A program made the translations under genes and the position numbers. 64,000 nt of DNA from positions 1 through 64,000 of the forward strand of contig JASANG010002430.1 of NCBI GenBank assembly GCA_030248215.1, written 5' to 3'. Below the pieces are notes generated by a model, which had not been told where the DNA came from, made no database searches, and worked only from the letters and a program-made list of their open reading frames with translations. This document shows, in pieces, positions 1 through 11,464 of the stretch (position 1 is the first letter of the stretch; each line of letters opens with the position of its first letter). Source of the stretch: Enoplolaimus lenunculus (Eukaryota).

Positions 1-495
1 AAGTTCGTGATTTTGACTTAAACCTGTATCTGTATCGCCTGTATAGTTCTTTTCTCGATGTATGCTATTCGCTCCGATTAGTAAACGCGGCCGGTAATGT
101 TGATTATAATCCCAACCGGAGTCCTAATGACACACAAAATTACCAAATTTAAGGCCAGCAAATCACAGGTTATGTAATTTAACTGGTACCCGCGACCTGT
201 GGATAAACAACTGAATTAAGGCCAGCAAATCACAGGTTATGTAATTTACTGGTACCCGAACCGTAAGACAAAATACCCAATTAAAGGCCAGCAAATCACA
301 GGTTATGTAATTCAACCGGTAACCCAGCCGGAATCCTTAAAGCCGACGTCTGAATCTGATTTAATCCAGCCACTGGCTTTACCGTACCCAATACTTTTGC
401 CGTTTTCCAGAATTCCGTGCAATTCTAACCCCGTTAGAATTACACCCCGTTAAACCGTGTACTCTAACCCCGTTAGAGTTACACCAATCTTCCGA
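1..495. repeat. Dispersed repeat, copy A (runs off the window start)
   Basis: Colinear with 41704-42125. Contains three AAGGCCAGCAAATCACAGGTTATGTAATT sub-repeats and CTAAC-CCC-GTTAG mini-hairpin motifs. Confidence 0.9.
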
Positions 496-1586
496 CCAAT
501 CATGCAACCTGCCGCAATATGTATAATTAATTCGCAGATCCATCGAAATAACAGACGTTTCAAACACAATCCTGTTTTTCTGCTGTATCGAGCACAACAG
601 CAAAACAATTTCGAAACGTTGTTATACAATTCTTCCGGTCCGGCGAGGAAACACACTGACGCTGTAAGGAATTGCAAAAACAGTGCTTCGCGTTTAATCC
701 ATTTATGAAATACACAATAGCTAGAACTGCAGCAACATAACTGAAGCCATGTAGAGCACCAATCCGATGTTTGAGCCTAGAACATATTTAAAACAAAACT
801 TTTGAACACAGGTATCTTAGGGTTTGAATAGGAAGTGAATATAACTATTCTGAGAAGAAACGACTGCCACATCAAAACAAAACATATATATTGAGGTTCT
901 AACAAAATATATATACAACTGTGTGGTTGTTTAGTTGACAACCTCGTATATGTGTCATTTCTCATGAATATTCAAAAGCCGTTGTTAAGAGGCGTAACAG
1001 CAAAGCATATTACAAAACCTGAGAAGAAAAATTAGTCTACACCTTTGGGCTTGGTCCGGTGCCGTCCGTCACTGTCCCGTACTGTACAGCGTCGTACAAT
1101 ATACAAGTTTCAGCGCATGACACAGCCGTTCATTTTCTAAACAAAAATCTTTTGACGTGCGACGCACGGCAACGACAAGTATACAGCCACTCAAAATAAT
1201 TATTCTTACTTGCAATCAGGAATATCAGTGATTAGCCTATTGTGAGTATTCGCCAATTTTGCCAAATTCTGATCGAAGCTCATGTTCTTGTCAGATTATG
1301 ACTTCAAGGTTCGACCTGCAAACACAATGCACAGAAATACATGACATAAATATTGCATTTTCAATTCGTCGCAATGAGAAAGCGTATGTTGCTTTCAAAT
1401 ACACTTTAAAAGGTTTGACCTGCTATATATTATAGATGTATGGTTAATCTGAACGCTTCGCGTAGGGGAGATTGAAATAGAACACGCATACACAAACTTC
1501 TTATATGATTACCAATTCTGCAACTTTTACTGTCGTTAACAGCGAGAAAGCATTCTTGTTGCTGTCAGTGAGAAACGATCACACTG

Positions 1587-2014
1587 CAGGGTTCAACCGG
1601 AGTTCCTGTTCCGGCCGGAATTCCTGCAAAAATTCAATTCCTGTTCTTTTTCCTGTTCCTGCATTCAAAGCTGCAGGAACCGGATTTTTGCGGTTTTGTG
1701 GCAAATTATTCGTAATCATTTAAATATTGGAAACTTTGTCTTTAAAAAATGTTTTGTCAAAAATAATGTTTCTGTACCTAGTTTAAATTTTGTTACTAAA
1801 TTGTTCCTGACGTGTTTACGAAAAACATAATGATGAAATAGCTGAAAATTCTCTTGAGCCATTTTTTGGCAAGTTTTCTGCAGAGTCAAACAGTAAATCG
1901 GTGATGAAAACTATTTCAAATTCCGGTTCCTGTTCCTGTTCCGGTTCCTGCATAATAATTCAATTCCTGTTCCTGTTTCTGTTCCGGCAAAATTTAGTTC
2001 CTGTTGAAACCCTG
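1587..2014. mobile_element. hAT-like MITE (CAGGG...CCCTG) with TTCCGG/TTCCTG subterminal repeats
   Basis: Termini CAGGGTTCAACCGG / CCTGTTGAAACCCTG; same architecture as 7794-8718; no clean TSD. Confidence 0.75.
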
Positions 2015-3546
2015 GATCACAGAAAGTCAATACTGCTATCGTTATAAAATAAGGCTTCCAATCCTGAATTACATACTTACCATGTGGATATATGAAGATA
2101 CTTCAAGTTTTGATAGAAATACAGTAACAGCAAAATCAGTCGCAATATTAAGACAGCACAATAAGAAAGATGAACATTACAACAAAATTCGAATTTAACG
2201 GTACAACGCACAGGAAATCTATAAGCAATTTATGCAAATATTCAGACTGTAAAATCTGTGCTATATATGGCTTAATTTGCATAAAGCTAACATCATGCTT
2301 AGGTAGCAAACCAACCAATTGTACGACAATTTATTCAAAATTGGTTTGATGTAATATCTTGGCCGCTTAAATTTTTCTGTTCTTAAACATGGCAATTTGC
2401 GCGTTTGTTTATGAAAACTATTTGATTCTTTTCGGGACTTTGCTTTTACATACAATTTTGTTGGCTAAAACTAGCATGGTTTTCAAGTGTAATCAAGCAA
2501 AACTGCTCGTTAAAGTTTGCAATTCTCAAGCCAATACTCCTTTTAATTTATTATAGCAGCGTTCACATCTGACTCGCTATTTTAACGACTAGATAATGGA
2601 TAATTATTCTTCTGACATTAGTAATATAGATTACACCGGATTACAGAAAAAAACTGGTACGTTTGAAATTATTTGTCTCTGCGTTAGAACATTCTGTTCA
2701 GTATTGGGGCTCTCAAGCATCGCAATCATTGCATTTAAAAACAATAGCTTTGCAAATAATGTAGAAAAGAGTTGGTTCGGTGTGATTTGGATTTGCAGGA
2801 ACGGTAATCATTACTTATACTTAAGGCTAGATGTCAGCTATCGATTGTAATAAAATTGTACACGATAGCAAAAAAATTTAGTTTAAATATTAGATAGAGT
2901 GTAATAAAATTGTACACGGTAGCAAGAAAATTTAGTTTAAATATTAGATAGAGAAAGCGACACAAATGATTTTGAAACAGAGAGCACGGCAAATGATGTT
3001 TCGGCGAAATCATTGATGGATTACGAGGAGATCTGGTCGCCAAAGGACATTAATAACTGCACAGCGAAACGTGAATGCAGTAAGTAAAGCATTTTATTTC
3101 AACGTGTTTACGATCCCACAAACTGTACAGTTTTCGTAAGGTACAAATGAGTGCTAATTTTTAACTTAAAATAAAAATTCTAGCAAAACAAAATTATTGT
3201 GAACGGTTGTAAAACTAAATTTGTAACGTTTTTTGTTTGCTATTTAAAAACCCGAGTTTTTAAACGAAATAGAAGAATCCGGTTTTTTACAACATGGTTT
3301 AACCATGTAAATTTTAGCAAATGGAAAATAGGTGACGTACAAAAACAAGATTTTTTCAGGAAAAAGATTTCACTCCTCCGAAATTCCGCAGGATGTGTGG
3401 AGTAAGTATAATTTTAATATAGAGTTCTACTGTATTGCATGATCGGTATACAAAAGATCGACAGAAAGAATCGAAACGTACTTTGAAATTTTGTCTTTTG
3501 GTATTCTTGCTACTCTTTTTGCTTTTCAACCTTTTGCTTTATAGAA

Positions 3547-3909
3547 CAGGGTACTACCGGAGGTCTGCCTCCGGCTCCGGCTTCGCCAGAAAATCGGCAT
3601 CCGGCTCCGGCTCCAGCAGAATTTTTGCGGAAAATTTCGAAAACTTTGTATAATTTTGCAAATTATATCAGCACGTTCCGTTTTACTTTTGTCACAATTT
3701 TCAGGAAAGAATTTTTGAAATTTCGTAAAAAATACCGTAAAATCAAACAACTATTAATATTATTGCAGATATTGGCTAAAATTAACTATAATTTTAACCA
3801 TCATTTTTACTACCTAATTTCGCCTCACCTCGGGCTTCGGCAAGTTTCGTTGACCTTCGGCTCCGACTCCGGCTCTGACTGCGGTTTTTTTCACTTCGGT
3901 GACACCCTG
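3547..3909. mobile_element. hAT-like MITE with CTCCGG subterminal repeats
   Basis: CAGGGT...ACCCTG termini; related copies at 40533-40811 and 48436-48713. Confidence 0.7.
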
Positions 3910-4113
3910 CTATCAAAGCTTAAATATCTGGTCGTCACAATCCAGACAAGTTCACATTCTGTGTTTCTATGACTGTTTCATTTTTTTATTTTGGAATGTA
4001 TACAAAGACAAACGCGATTCAGACACGGGGTCTTCCCGAAGCGAGAACAACAACTACTATCGACAATAAAGTCAGGTTCGCTAATTTTTTTCAATATTCT
4101 CTGCGGATCCGGC

Positions 4114-4272
4114 CCATGTAAAGATTTTAGGGGCGGAAGGTTTTTTGAGGGACTGCAAAAGAGTAAACGAATTTTTGCTTAAGCTTAGGTATAAGCTCAG
4201 TCTACGCCTAGAGTTTGCTTAGATTTTTAAGGAATATGTTAAATACCGTTACGGTCCTGTTCTGTACGTTTT
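4114..4272 (+). mobile_element. Representative copy of a dispersed ~150-200 bp element with internal degenerate TTAGGC repeats
   Basis: Shared blocks CCATGTAAAGA..GGCGGAA..GGGACTGCAA..(TTAGGC-like)n..GGAATATG..CCTGTTCT(A/G)TAC recur near 13915, 16510, 36780, 39510, 44810, 55480, 56690-56985, 58880 and 63190. Confidence 0.8.
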
Positions 4273-6089
4273 AAAACCGCTACTCCTCAGTCAATGCTCT
4301 CGGCGTTTTCATCTATCAAAGTTTAGTTTCGCCGAGCAGCAAGACAAATTTTATTTGATATCAATTTCAAGGTGCAAGCGGATACCGGTTTTAAAGCAAA
4401 ATCGACATCCAGTGACCCTTTGTTTTAAGAATGCGCAAATAAAATTCCAGTGTTTATAGGGGTATTAACTGAAATATACGGTTCAGACATTTTCAGAATC
4501 TGGTCACAACTGGTTTTTGGTGATTACAGGTCGCACAACAATCGGACGTAAGAGTACCTCTAAACAAACTGTAGTTCCCGTTCTGAAAAAGTATTCAGCG
4601 AAGCGCTCGACCGAAAGTACAAAAGAAAATACACTTTTGGATTCAGCGGCCAGCAATTTTTGTAAACAGAAAAAACAGAATTGTTCGCAAGTTTAGTTGC
4701 TTCTAAAAGTTGTTATACATATATTTGGTATTCTTATTTGTTGTATTTGTTGTGGTTTTTATTACCAGCTCAGCCATCCTTTTTATGGCTCAAAATACGG
4801 AAACCAAACAAAACTAGCCAAATTCTTTAATTTTGTTTCACATACGCTTTTGATATAAAAAACTGCCTGATTATAAAGCACTATTAACAAAATTTAAGCA
4901 CAGAAATGTAAACAGAAATCTATTAACAAAATTTAAGCACAGAAATGTAAACAGAAATGTATGACGACCAGCACTGAACGTATCAAAATTTTATTACGAC
5001 GCATTAAAATTTTAACAGTGCATGAGCGTTTTACGTGTATCCAGTGTTTGTGTTGCAGTTGAAAATACGTTTATATTTAAACTAAATTAGGGAACGTTTC
5101 GAATTTGAATTGCTGCACGTAGCAAAACATATATACTGTATATATATACTTCTGAATTTGTAGTATAAACATAGAATTTGTTGCGTTGACAAAACGAACA
5201 CAAATGAATTAACGAAGCAATATAGCATATATACATTTGCATGTGTAAACTTTATTGGCTGGCTTGCAGATACGATTTCACCTTTAATAAAGTCAATAAG
5301 GTTTTGACCGAAGTCACATATTTTCAACAAGTATTTTAATTGAAATACCCAAACACGAATGACTGGTGAAATCTGAACTCATATCTGGCTACTAGTGGTA
5401 TAAGTTTGAGAGCATGGCTCTTCAAACTTGCAGGGGTTGCCAAAATTTTTGACCTGTAAAACTTAAGTCTCTTTTTACTATGTTACTTAACCACGTCATT
5501 TACAACCCAGCCGTTTGTACAAGATTTGCATTGACTTATCATGCTATAACATAAAGGTTAACGATATATACAGTTTTCTAAGCATATGAAACATTAAATC
5601 AACAAAAAATGCACGTAAGTAATGCAAAATGAAGTTTTGTTTACATAAGGCATACATGTTTTCGCACTGCAAAAACAGTTGGCAACCGGGCACTGAACTG
5701 AAAGCAAAAACGGTTCTGCAGCCAAGTTTCGAGGGCCTGGGACGAGCCTGGGTTCAAATCTAGGGTCCCGCGGGCCTTATCGGACTGTCTTCGGGCCAAA
5801 CTGTTCGGCGCGCAAAGTAAGCCTGATCCAGCTCACTGTGCCCTCAAAGCTTCTTTCACTGCATATTAAAATATAATTCCACCATTCCCAGTCAAAATTT
5901 TTAAATCCGCAGACACAAATTTTTAAATCCGCAACAGATTTATTTTAAAACTTTGTTGTCCACTTCGAAAACGAAAATTACAACTTGTTCGGTCCGCGCA
6001 CGTAAGCCGAGAGTTATGATCTCCGAACCAGTTACAGCCCTAAATGCCAATATGCGCTAAATTATTACACTAAAACTTCTCGTGTTTTA

Positions 6090-6578
6090 TTACACAAGAG
6101 TGCCATTAACGCTACTGAAACCAACATCATCAAATATAAAACGACTCAAATAACAGTAGGAATGCATTAAAAACGTATGAGCCGCGCAGACTATGCTTGC
6201 CGAATGTTGTGTGAGATAGCAGCCACCACAGATATGAATAATACTTTGGAAAAACACCCGCCATGACATGAGATTACCATAGTGTTCACGAATAACCTCT
6301 TGGTGCAGAGGACAGTCACAATAGAACCGGTAACATGTAGATCGGTACCTGGGGTTATAGCCGTATTTATCAACCGCTCGTTTCTTTCTTTTCCGTTTTA
6401 TAGTCTCACGCATTTGGCCAAAAAAGTCGGCCACACTTTTGCCAGCCAAAAAGCTGGCACAGGCCGCAAGGTATTGAATGTAACAATGTTTTTCACTAAG
6501 TTCCGCAATAAAATATTCGATTCCAAGTACGATAACCACGTATGTAAAACCATGAACTGCCGTATTGTAGTACACCAT
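6090..6578 (-). CDS. Candidate small membrane protein, 162 aa, family unknown
   Basis: Uninterrupted 489-nt ORF in AT-rich DNA; hydrophobic N-terminal segments, basic KRKRKKR stretch, Cys/His-rich middle; TTTTTAG acceptor-like site 1 nt before the ATG. No family recognised. Confidence 0.4.
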   Translation of the reverse strand: MVYYNTAVHGFTYVVIVLGIEYFIAELSEKHCYIQYLAACASFLAGKSVADFFGQMRETIKRKRKKRAVDKYGYNPRYRSTCYRFYCDCPLHQEVIREHYGNLMSWRVFFQSIIHICGGCYLTQHSASIVCAAHTFLMHSYCYLSRFIFDDVGFSSVNGTLV

Positions 6579-6642
6579 GCTAAAAACCGAACATTTAAAT
6601 GCAAAAATATAACAAACCCAGAAAATACAATGAAATCAATTA

Positions 6643-6897
6643 GGGTGGAGCCATACATTTGCTGACGTCCGGCGCTGTTCGTCAGTGTCCGTCGTCGTCC
6701 ATCAACCGCACGGCGCCGTTCATCACAGTACGACACAGTTTGTTACCGTGCGTCACTCATACTGCGCGTCCGGCACCGTACGAAATCGTACGCAAATTAC
6801 TAACGTGTGATACCGTGTAGTGACTAACGGTGACGGACGGCGCCTGACGCTGACTGACGGCGCGGAGCGGCGCTGTATGACAAGTATAGCGCCACCA
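6643..6897. mobile_element. PIF/Harbinger (Tourist-like) MITE
   Basis: Imperfect TIRs GGGTGGAGCCATAC / GTATAGCGCCACCA flanked by TTA on both sides (6640-6642, 6898-6900); GC-rich, self-complementary interior. Confidence 0.75.
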
Positions 6898-7793
6898 TTA
6901 CTGTTATCAAAGTTTTGCGAAGTTCTTTAAAAAATTCCGTAGGATTTTTAATCAGTTATATTTGGTTACGGCAGCATCTCAATTTTAATTACTCATAATT
7001 TAAAACCTTGCTGAAAGAATGACACTAGAAAGCCTAGCCAAATTTGAAAATTCAATTAAAATATCTGGTAATAGCAGTGCTAAACATCAAATAAATTTTG
7101 CTCATAGAATGCTACCAGACGAAGATGTCTTTTGTATCATAGAAAGTTTGTTCTGTTTTATCTCTGGCTCCGGATTTCTACACCATGTTGCTCCAAACAT
7201 AAAAGTACTGCCAAAATTCACGAACACACTTAAGGCTAGCTTTATGGCTAGGAATTAACGTTAATTTTAATTTATTGTTAAATACGCAAACATATCTTAC
7301 TTTATATACGGAGAAGATAAAACTGTACCAGAAACTCGTGACACTGTGTAGTTGAAAAATCAAGCTCTAACCAAAGCAGTGATGCCAACGAAATCTATCT
7401 GAAATTGTACGTATCAACGGCATTTATTTCATAAACGTTAGGAATTATACAACACGGTGTGGTCCATGTCCGCCCATATTACTGAACCTTGCCCAACAAA
7501 TTATATTTTTAAACTGCCCCATTTGACATTCTGCTTTTAAATTTACATTGCTCTTTTACGCTGTTCGCTTGAATCTACATGAAATCTAGCTAACCTATGT
7601 ATAGTTTTCAACTCGATACCCTGAAGTACGCGGTAAACTTAAACCATAGCATTAGAATTGAAAAACCACAAATTTTATTTAAAATCCAACAATGTATTTG
7701 AACACTGCAGTGGTTCGCTAGCCTGCATAGAGTAGCCGATCACTGAATGAGTTACACACAGGCACCTTCGCGGAATTTCAAATCCGTAGCTGT

Positions 7794-8718
7794 CAGGGTG
7801 CAACCGGAATTACAATTTACCGGAACCGGAACCGGAATTTGAAAATTTTACCGGAACCGGAACCGGAACCGGAAAGTGAAAAATGCATTTCACCAAAAAT
7901 TTCATTTTAATCGTATTTTTTGCTCTATTATTTGTGAAACAACCTTAGTCGAACATAGGTATTTATTTTATTTGTTGTATTTTAGATTTTCGTCGTCGAC
8001 TGAAGTGAAATCCACCATCATTGGCTTATATTTGGAGATAATGCGGGGTTCACGTTACCGATTGTGCGCTTGGGATCTGTTTTGTCACCTACCCATAGCA
8101 GAAGGTAGAAACAACCTATATGAATAGGTTGCTAGCTAGCTACTACCCATATGGGTACCTTACGTTTGTAGCTATGGGTAGCTAGTCTTCGGTTTGTTAC
8201 CCATATGGGTACCTTGAGTTTGTTTTAACAATATTTATAGTTTGCGTAATTTTTTAGATTTTTTCCAAAGATATACTGTAAAAAAGACTAGACCAGACTT
8301 GTAAAACAAAACTCACTGTACTGAGCTGTTTAAAAAAGCAAGCTTGAAAGTGCATTATGTTGACATCTATATGGGCTACGAGTAGACATCTCGATGCTAC
8401 CCATATGGGTAGGTCAAAATTTCAAATACCTAGCTATGTGCAACATTTTATTTTCTGTTGGTATCTATATGGGTAACAAAAAAGTTAGTGTGTACCGCCA
8501 TGGGCACAGTGACAAAACAGGTACCAAGCGCACAATTGGTAACGTGAACCCCGCTTAAGCGGCTTTCAAAAGAGATTCTTAAAAATTAGCAAAGTTAAGA
8601 AAACGGCCAAATTATAACACCGGAATTTTTAAATCCGGTAAAAATTTACCGGAACTGGAACCGGAAGGTGAAAAAATGCCGGAACCGGAACCGGAACCGG
8701 AATTCCGGTTGCACCCTG
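7794..8718. mobile_element. hAT-type MITE carrying a nested Harbinger-type MITE
   Basis: Perfect 18-bp TIR CAGGGTGCAACCGGAATT; perfect 8-bp TSD GTAGCTGT (7786-7793, 8719-8726); ACCGGA subterminal repeats. Confidence 0.93.
8042..8555. mobile_element. PIF/Harbinger-type MITE, copy 1
   Basis: ~45-bp TIRs (TGCGGGGTTCACGTTACC...), TAA TSD, internal TACCCATATGGGTA palindromes; close second copy at 34342-34853. Confidence 0.92.
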
Positions 8719-10902
8719 GTAGCTGTCCATTTCGCTGAATTCTGCACCTTTTATGCTGGCAATATATGCTACACACAGCTGAACTTTTATATGATACTAT
8801 CAAGAAAAACTTACTTTTAGTAGAACAGCGTATTCCTGACTTCGAACCCAGCCTTTAAAAATCAATTTCAATGTATTAAAATATTCCAAGATAACAAAAC
8901 AAGTATAGTTAAAAGGTTCGCGTAAAATTTCTAAAAATGAACCTTGTGAAACGCAGTACAATGTAAAAATTTGCCCAACAATAAACGACTTAAAAGTTTG
9001 ATTAGCATTGCCCAATCTCGGTATTAAAATACAGGCACGTAATCATGTACGACCGGGATCGTACATATTAATTACGCTCAAATACAGCTAAAACATGACG
9101 ATAATTTGCGTCTCCGGTCTCACCAAGGCTTAAACATTACCAAAGTTTAAACATTCTGACTTTATTTCGGGTGTTAGGGCTAAGACAACAACAGTTTGAG
9201 AACTTTTAGTGTAGACAGGTCTTTGTGGCACGCTTATTGGATCTTGTACGTTTTGCCCACCACATTTTAATGTTGATAGAAAAACCTTTCATACGCTAGT
9301 TTTAAAGACGAACTTTATACACTTTACCTCAGACTGAAAGAACGTAAGAACGTCCAAGTTTTGCTCGCCGGGTGATACCATGTTTTTATAGTACGCTCAG
9401 CTTTAAATTCACATGACAGTATTAATCGTGAACCTATGAATCACAAAGGCCACGAAATCTGACTAAACTCAATGCAATTAATGCAAAAACAGAAATTTGA
9501 TTTAGAATTGTACGCGAACATTTTATATAAAATACATATGAAATTTAAAGCGAAAATCTAGCATTTCTTTCATCAACGCCGTTTTATGATAAGTTTAGTA
9601 ATTTTTGCGGTTTAAACGTTCCGCAAGAGAAACAATCACATCCATGTGTAACACGTGGAAACTGCACAAAATCGAAATTTCGACACACAATTGCCAATTA
9701 TTTTTACTGCGATAGCAATAGCAATAACTAAAAATCATAACAACAGGGCATTTGTGTACATCGAAACACAGAAGATCTTGTACGAACTACCTCTGCCTAT
9801 AGACTATGGAAAACTTTAGCGAACTCAAGACACAATATCTAACATACGCGGTGGTCTAAATTTCCAGTATAACGACGTTAATATAAATCGCACAATTATA
9901 CAGCAATAAATGTTACAGTTCAAACCATGGACTGAACAGTTAAAATTGTTTTAGCAGTCCAATCGACATTTTTTCACATTCTGAAGAATTGATAAAAATA
10001 ATTTAAACACACAATTGCTGAGTTTCGGTTGGCTTATGGTTAATACGTCCCTCTATTTTAGTACTCTAAGTATAAACCCTACAAAATCTGCTTTTGTAGA
10101 CGTCCCTACATACTGAAAGTTTTGCTATTTAATATATACACATTCCCTTGGTTGAACCAATATACACGATGGAATGACACGTTGATCAATACTTCTAACC
10201 ACTATCTCAGTTACACCGCAAAAACTTTTATGCAAATTAGTATTGACAACTGTTGCGACTTAAAACTGATTTGAATTCCTCGCAAAACAAGTTATAAACC
10301 AGAAGTAAACATATCGATAAAACAGATAAACATAAAACAAACAATAACAAATGACCGCAGCAAAACACGCTTGATCAAATATATACAATGTTCTGAACGT
10401 TAGCGGTGAAAGCGCCCTGTTTCGCACTACAATTAAGTCGCTATTGGCTGCAATAATATCGACCTTTGTTTCGATAACCGATCCAGTCTGAACAAAGCGT
10501 GAGGAGGTCTTTTTCACCCTTGAATTCAATGTTTTATAACAATATTTGACCACCATACCAATGCCACATCGAACAGTAGAATGGTGGATCCCAAAATTTC
10601 TCACTGGGAAAAGCGAAATATATAGTTTAAAAAATCGTTAGTGGATCGAGACCCAAGTTTCACGGCAAAAATCTAATATTTGATGAAGTATACAAAAAAT
10701 TCTCAAGTGATTATTCACATTGGATTCACCCCTGCTAAGCGAATTGTTGCACATACTCTAAAACAGACAGCTGACGATATCAATACGTTGACGTTAAAAC
10801 ATGTACCGTTTGAAACAGGTATTTATTTTATCTAAACTTTGTGCGGCGATTTCAATTAGAATCTAAGTTTAAAGTAAACTTTTAGAATATATGCAACGAT
10901 TA

Positions 10903-11464
10903 TTATTCATTCAACCAACTCATACACTCCAATACAGAACGACGATTTTCGTTATAATTATACAAAAGTTCTTCATGAGGACAAATATCTCTAATCGATT
11001 CAAACAAAATGTGTGGCCTATTGCTGCCATATACAAGCCTTGCAACTAGATTTGGATTATGCTTCGAATGATTAATAAGTCGACCAATTCTTCCATCATT
11101 TTCGGTTGCGTCTATGACCCTAACCTTTTTTCGTCCCTCTACAATAAAAAATATGTAGCAACCAAACCCTTTTTTGCATACAATTTCTCTTTTCTCATGG
11201 CCTCTTCGAACGACAACAAAGGTCCAAAGTAACATACAACCTTTTGTCCCTTGCAAATTTTAATCCTTGTGCTGACACCCAGACCTTTATCGTTTGTTTG
11301 GATGACGTATAAATGACGCGGGTCCTCTTCAACTAGAAGAAGGTCGATCTGACGCATGATATCAGTGCTTATATAAATGGTCCGTGGCTTCCGATGTGCA
11401 GAACTTACCGTCTGCTTCTGTAGTTTTTGAAAATTTGGAACACGCAATGAACGCTTTTTGAAAT
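10903..11464 (-). CDS. SETD8: SETD8/PR-Set7 (KMT5A)-like histone H4K20 monomethyltransferase, frameshifted as assembled; 5' exons not identified
   Basis: Exon 11464-11409, 60-nt GTAAGT..CAG intron, then exon 11348-10903. Reads KKRSLR..IDLLL..DKGLGV..GQKVVCYFG..EKLYAKK, then in the -1 frame GCYIFF..IDAT..GRLINHS..PHILF..RDI..EELLYNY..SWL. This matches the SETD8 SET domain motif by motif. The frame changes at the A6 run 11170-11175. Confidence 0.88.
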
